Positions 53,627-64,000 of a DNA stretch of 64,000 bases are shown here, piece after piece. The number at the start of each line of letters is the position of its first letter. The stretch's first letter is position 1. The notes below the pieces were generated by a model. That model worked only from the letters and a program-made list of their open reading frames with translations. It was not told the DNA's origin and made no database searches. The stretch spans positions 629,176,001 to 629,240,000 of the forward strand of contig NC_067400.1 in assembly GCF_016432865.1 (NCBI RefSeq). Direction: 5' to 3'. A program made the translations under genes and the position numbers. Origin of the DNA: Antechinus flavipes. Its lineage: Eukaryota.

Positions 53627-55314
53627 GCTTGAGGGTGGTATCCCAGGGACAGAGTTAGACAGAAACAGGTTGCCAAGGAAACACTCAAGGACGGAAAGGC
53701 AAACCGAGGTGGCCAGAGAGGGGGAGAGAGAGACAGACAGCAGAGGAGGATGGGAAGCCAGTGAGACACGCAGGTAGGTGAGATGCTCAGGAACAGAACC
53801 GGAGACCCCAGGGTGGCTGGCTGCTCGGTAGAGAAGGGGGGACAGGCTAAAAGCAAGGACAGAGAGGGATGAGAGGGTGCAGCAGACAGGGTGCTGGGGG
53901 ACAGACTGGGAAATTCAGACAGAAATGGAGGATGGATGGATGGAGCCATGGAAGAGACCAAGCTTTCCAGAGGGAGATGGGAGGCAGGATGCCAGTGGGA
54001 GATCAGACAGAAATGAAGGGAGGGTGGATGCAGCCATGGAAGAGACCAAGAGCCCCAGCTTTCCAGAGCCAGACGAGGAGGTGGGGTGGCAGTGGGAGAC
54101 AGACGCTCATTCTAAGTCAGGAGACGAGAGCAGCAACCTGAGGCAGGAGCCACGAGGGAGAGGGTCCTGAAGGATCCCCTCCTCATTTCCTTCCTCCCCC
54201 CCCCCCCACTCCTTGCAGAAAGCCAAGTTCCCAGCAGAGGGAGATCACAGCTTGGACTCCTTGCCCACCCCTGGGATGAGCTTTGGGGCCATGGGGGCCC
54301 TGCAGGTGAGCGAACGCTTGGGGCTGGGGGCGGCCACGGTGGTCGGGGCCGGGGGAAGGTCGGTGACCGCGTGTCCCCTCTGAAAGCTCCCCAGTGTGCT
54401 GACCCGCCTGCGGACCGACCTCCTCTGCTACCTTTGGCACGTCCACTGGCTCCGCCGAGCGGGGGGCCCAGCCCTTCGGAGCCTGGACCCGGAGCTGGGG
54501 GCCTTGCAAGTGCGGCTGGACCGACTGCTCAAGAGACTGCAAATCTTGGTAGGGCCCAGAGACCCCCGATGCGGCTTGAGGCAGAGGGAGACCCCAGAGA
54601 CTTGGCTCAGCCCAAGGCTCTGAGATTGTGCCCCACCCCCCAAGGACCCAGGCCTGAGATCATAAGGCCCAGAACTGGCCGAGACCCTGGGGGCCCTCAC
54701 GCCATAACCACTGGCCAACCCTGGCTCTCGAGGGCCAGAGAGAATACCTGCAAACACCTAACCCAGGCCTGGAGACCATGAACCTGGAGCCCCTAAAGCA
54801 CGGACCTGGAGACCCCCAGTCTGATCTTTGAGGCTCTAGCCCCCTCAGGCCTCTGGGTCTGAGATCCAGGACTTTCTCCAACCCAGGTCTCATAACTGGG
54901 AAGTTGGAACCTCGGAGGATACGAGGACACAAACCTAGAACCTCCCTTCCCCCCTCCCACAGACACACAGACCCAAGCCCTCTCATCCAAGCATGGGTCG
55001 AGTTCCTTCTACCGCAGGAGGTTCCAGGCATCCCTTACCCAGAACACAGGAAATGGGCTGAAACCAGAGCAGGGCATCCCCCCCCCGCCCCCTCCCCCCA
55101 CCCCGCGCCAGCTTGCTGACTTGTGTCCCTTCTTTTCTCACAGATGGCTCGTTTCTCCCTGCCTAAACCTCCACCGGAGGCCCCAAACCCGCCTCTGGCC
55201 CCACCAGGCTCAGCCTGGGGGGGGATCCAGGCAGCCCACGCTGTGCTGGGGGGGTTACATCTCACCCTGGACTGGGCCGTGAGGGGCCTGCTGCTGCTGA
55301 AAGCTCGGCTCTGA
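51007..55314 (+). CDS. IL11: Interleukin-11, 206 aa; exons 51007-51013, 52858-53051, 54219-54305, 54387-54548, 55144-55314
   Basis: LCRVVLAVLSLWP signal peptide; ELDSAVLLTRGLL, KFPAEGDHSLDSLPT, WGGIQAAHAVLGGLHLTLDWAVRGLLLLKARL. Total 621 nt. Confidence 0.96.
51909..52196. other. Assembly gap (288 N) in IL11 intron 1
   Basis: Run of N. Confidence 0.99.
53225..53620 (+). repeat. GA-rich tract ending in (GA)n in IL11 intron 2
   Basis: Seen directly. Confidence 0.93.
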
Positions 55315-55390
55315 CCTCCCCCAAGGGGAGAGAAGTTCGGGCTCCGGTGTGGGGCCGAGCCCTTGGCCCGCCTCCCTTAATACCCTTTTT

Positions 55391-55406
55391 AATTTATTTA
55401 TTTATT
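55391..55406 (+). promoter_or_regulatory. AU-rich element in the IL11 3' UTR
   Basis: Three overlapping ATTTA at 55392-55404; AATAAA at 55762. Confidence 0.75.
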
Positions 55407-55842
55407 GGGGGCTCAGAGAGCTGGGCCCGTGTGCTCTGGGCCCCCTCAGAGTAGTCCCCACCTCCCGCTGCCCCTTCCACCCCCGCCCCAACAGGACCTT
55501 GGACAGCAATGCTTTCTATTTATAGCTATTTATTGGGGGGAGCTGCTGGTCTGGATGCTGGGGCCCTCGACGGGCCCCCGAAGGGGGGGGCTCGGTGGCT
55601 GAGGGGACCCGGCCTCCCCTCCCTGCTCCCCTGTTGTCGCCCACCTCTAAGTTATTGAAATGGCCGCTCCTCCAGCCCCAGCCCTGACTCTGGGCCCTAT
55701 TTATTGTAGTTCTCTCTCCTTGTGTTTTGTACGAAAGAAATGTAAGAGATAAAGTTGGATCAATAAAAACGTATCTTCTCTCCAAGTCGAGGGACTGGTC
55801 CAGGGTGCTGTTCCTCGGGGCCTGGGGTGCTTGGGGGGGGTG

Positions 55843-56165
55843 GAGCAGATGTGGGGGAGGGGAGGCAGATGTGGGGGAGGGGGGAAGCAGATGTGGGGGA
55901 GGGGTGGGGCAGCTGTGGGGGAGGGGTGGGGCAGCTGTGGGGGAGGGGAGGCAGATGTGGGGGAGGACCAAAGTAGTGTGGGGGAGGGGCAAGCAGCTGT
56001 GGGGGAGGGGTGGGGCAGCTGTGGGGGAGGGGGGGGGAAGCAGATGTGGGGGAGGGTGGGGCAGATGTGGGGGAGGGTGAAACAGATGTGGGGGAGGGGA
56101 GGCAGATTGAGGAGGGATGAAGCAGGTGTGGGGGAGGGGCAAAGCAGATGTGGGGGAGGGGCGAA
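55843..56165 (+). repeat. About 19-nt G-rich minisatellite downstream of the IL11 poly(A) signal
   Basis: gcagatgtgggggagggg / gcagctgtgggggagggg units. Confidence 0.93.
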
Positions 56166-57626
56166 GCAACCGTGGGGGCCAGCTTCCCTGACCTCATTCT
56201 CTAGGCCTGACCCAAGGGCTCTTCAGGTTAACAACAAAGGGGCTTCAAGAGCTGTGAGGGGGAGCTGGGTGGGCAGGGATGAGTCCTTATTCCAGTCGCG
56301 GGGGAGGGGAGTCGGCCGTGGGCTGCAGCGTTCTCGGGGATGTCCCGACTCCGAATCCGGCACCCCTGACCTCCTAATGACCACTGCTCCGGCGGCCGAT
56401 TGGCTGGGGGAGGGGGGCCAGGTGGGCTCGGGCCGGTCCCCGGGGGGAGGAGAGGAAGGGGAGTCCGGGCTGGAGCTGAGGCGGAGCCGGTTGGGAGGCT
56501 GTGCCCAGGGGAGCTTCCCGGGACTCGGGACTCAGGAAGAGAGGGTCCCTGCCCCCAGGAGGGCGCTCACTCCCAAGCGCAGGCCTCAGGGACCTGGCTC
56601 AGCTTTGGGGGGCGAGTGGGCTCTGGGGTCCTATTTGAACTCAGAGGCTCCTTCCCGACTGCCGGCCCGCAGCCCCTAAACCTCTCCCCTCCCATGGGAA
56701 GGGAGCCTGGGTCCTCACGGAGCCTGAGCAGAGGGAGCTCCCTCGGGAGACATTCTGAAAGCCGGGGGGGGGGGGGGTGCCCTACAGCCTGGGTCTCTGG
56801 ACTCCGTTTTTAAGGAAGACCATCTCTTGGAGGCTTCCCTGCAAAGGAGAGGAGGAGGGAGCCTGAGGAGGCCCCAGGATCACTGTGACCAGCCCAGCTC
56901 CAACGACATTCATCCCTTGCCCCCGAACTCCAGAGGCCCCGAGGGCACCTCAGCCCCCCGAACTCCAGAGGCCCTGACAGCCCTGGGCCTCAGCCCCTCG
57001 GCCTGGAGTTCTGGGAGCCACGGTCCAAGCCCCCATTCCGCCGCCGGTGCCGCAGCCAGAATGGACAATGGAGTCCGGCACTGCCTCCTCCCCGGCCCTC
57101 GGGGCCAGACCTCCTGCCTCCCTCTCTCCCAGCACTGGCCCCTGTTGTAAGACACCCGCCCGGGGGCACCCAGCTTCAGCCCCGGAACATCTCCCTGCCT
57201 CCGGGCACGGGGAGTTCTCCTTCTTCCGCCCTCAGTGTCCCCGGTCTTGGTTCTGCCTCCTGGGCCCAGGTCCTGGTCAGAGTTTCAGCCCCACCGCCCC
57301 CGGGCTGCGACGCTCCCCGCATGTGCTCACCCTCAGCCCCGTCCTCCGCGCCCCTTGACCTCTCGTGGACGGGCCCCAGGGAATGCTGCCCCTCGGCTCC
57401 AGGCTGGGGCTGGGGCTGGGGCCCCTCCAAGTTCCTTGGGCTCCTGGCCTGTGAGGTCACAATCAGCCTCCTGCGGGTGAGCGCGGGTCCCGGTCCCACA
57501 GAGAGCCCCAGTGTGCTGGCCAGCCGGCCCTCCCAGAACGCCATGGACAGTCCCGCCCGCCCGCGGGGAGTACCCCGGCACCCCCCTGACGGAGGCCCCG
57601 CTTCCTGGGGCCCCGACCCTCCTTAG

Positions 57627-63902
<6,276 letters not shown>

Positions 63903-64000
63903 AAGCCCCCTCCAACAAAACCTCTCCCAGAGCCTTATCCTAACCATCTTGCAGAACTTTACCTATCGGTCCAGAACGGCTTCATCTTACCCATCTACAA

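Overview
Eukaryotic, very GC-rich, gene-dense window from a marsupial. The SINE and L1 3' ends look Australian-marsupial, probably dasyurid; this is inferred from recalled repeat consensus, not a search. It is the block syntenic with human 19q13.42, in reverse orientation: C19orf85(+), ISOC2(+), SHISA7(+), a TE-rich gap, UBE2S(+), RPL28(-), TMEM238(+), TMEM190(-), IL11(+, 288-N gap in intron 1) and GARIN5B/FAM71E2(+, may run past the window end). I reconstructed exon chains by hand from GT/AG sites and codon phase. All give intact ORFs except ISOC2, which has a 1-nt deletion in exon 5. I found no rRNA, tRNA, CRISPR or prokaryotic system. Most interesting observations: (1) an inverted, near-perfect copy of the SHISA7 intron 3/exon 4 junction 14 kb away that has acquired a donor and forms a 24-nt microexon; (2) the ISOC2 frameshift, which has both a +4 alternative-donor rescue and an NMD-escaping alternative product; (3) two minisatellites built from splice signals; (4) a cluster of RFX half-sites between UBE2S and RPL28; (5) a class II ERV remnant with an internally inverted LTR, just upstream of a GARIN5B exon that carries a 16-aa Ser/Lys/His repeat and its own perfect-Kozak ATG; (6) AT-to-GC drift in old repeats plus about a dozen minisatellites. 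Homology calls rely on recalled human sequences, not database searches.
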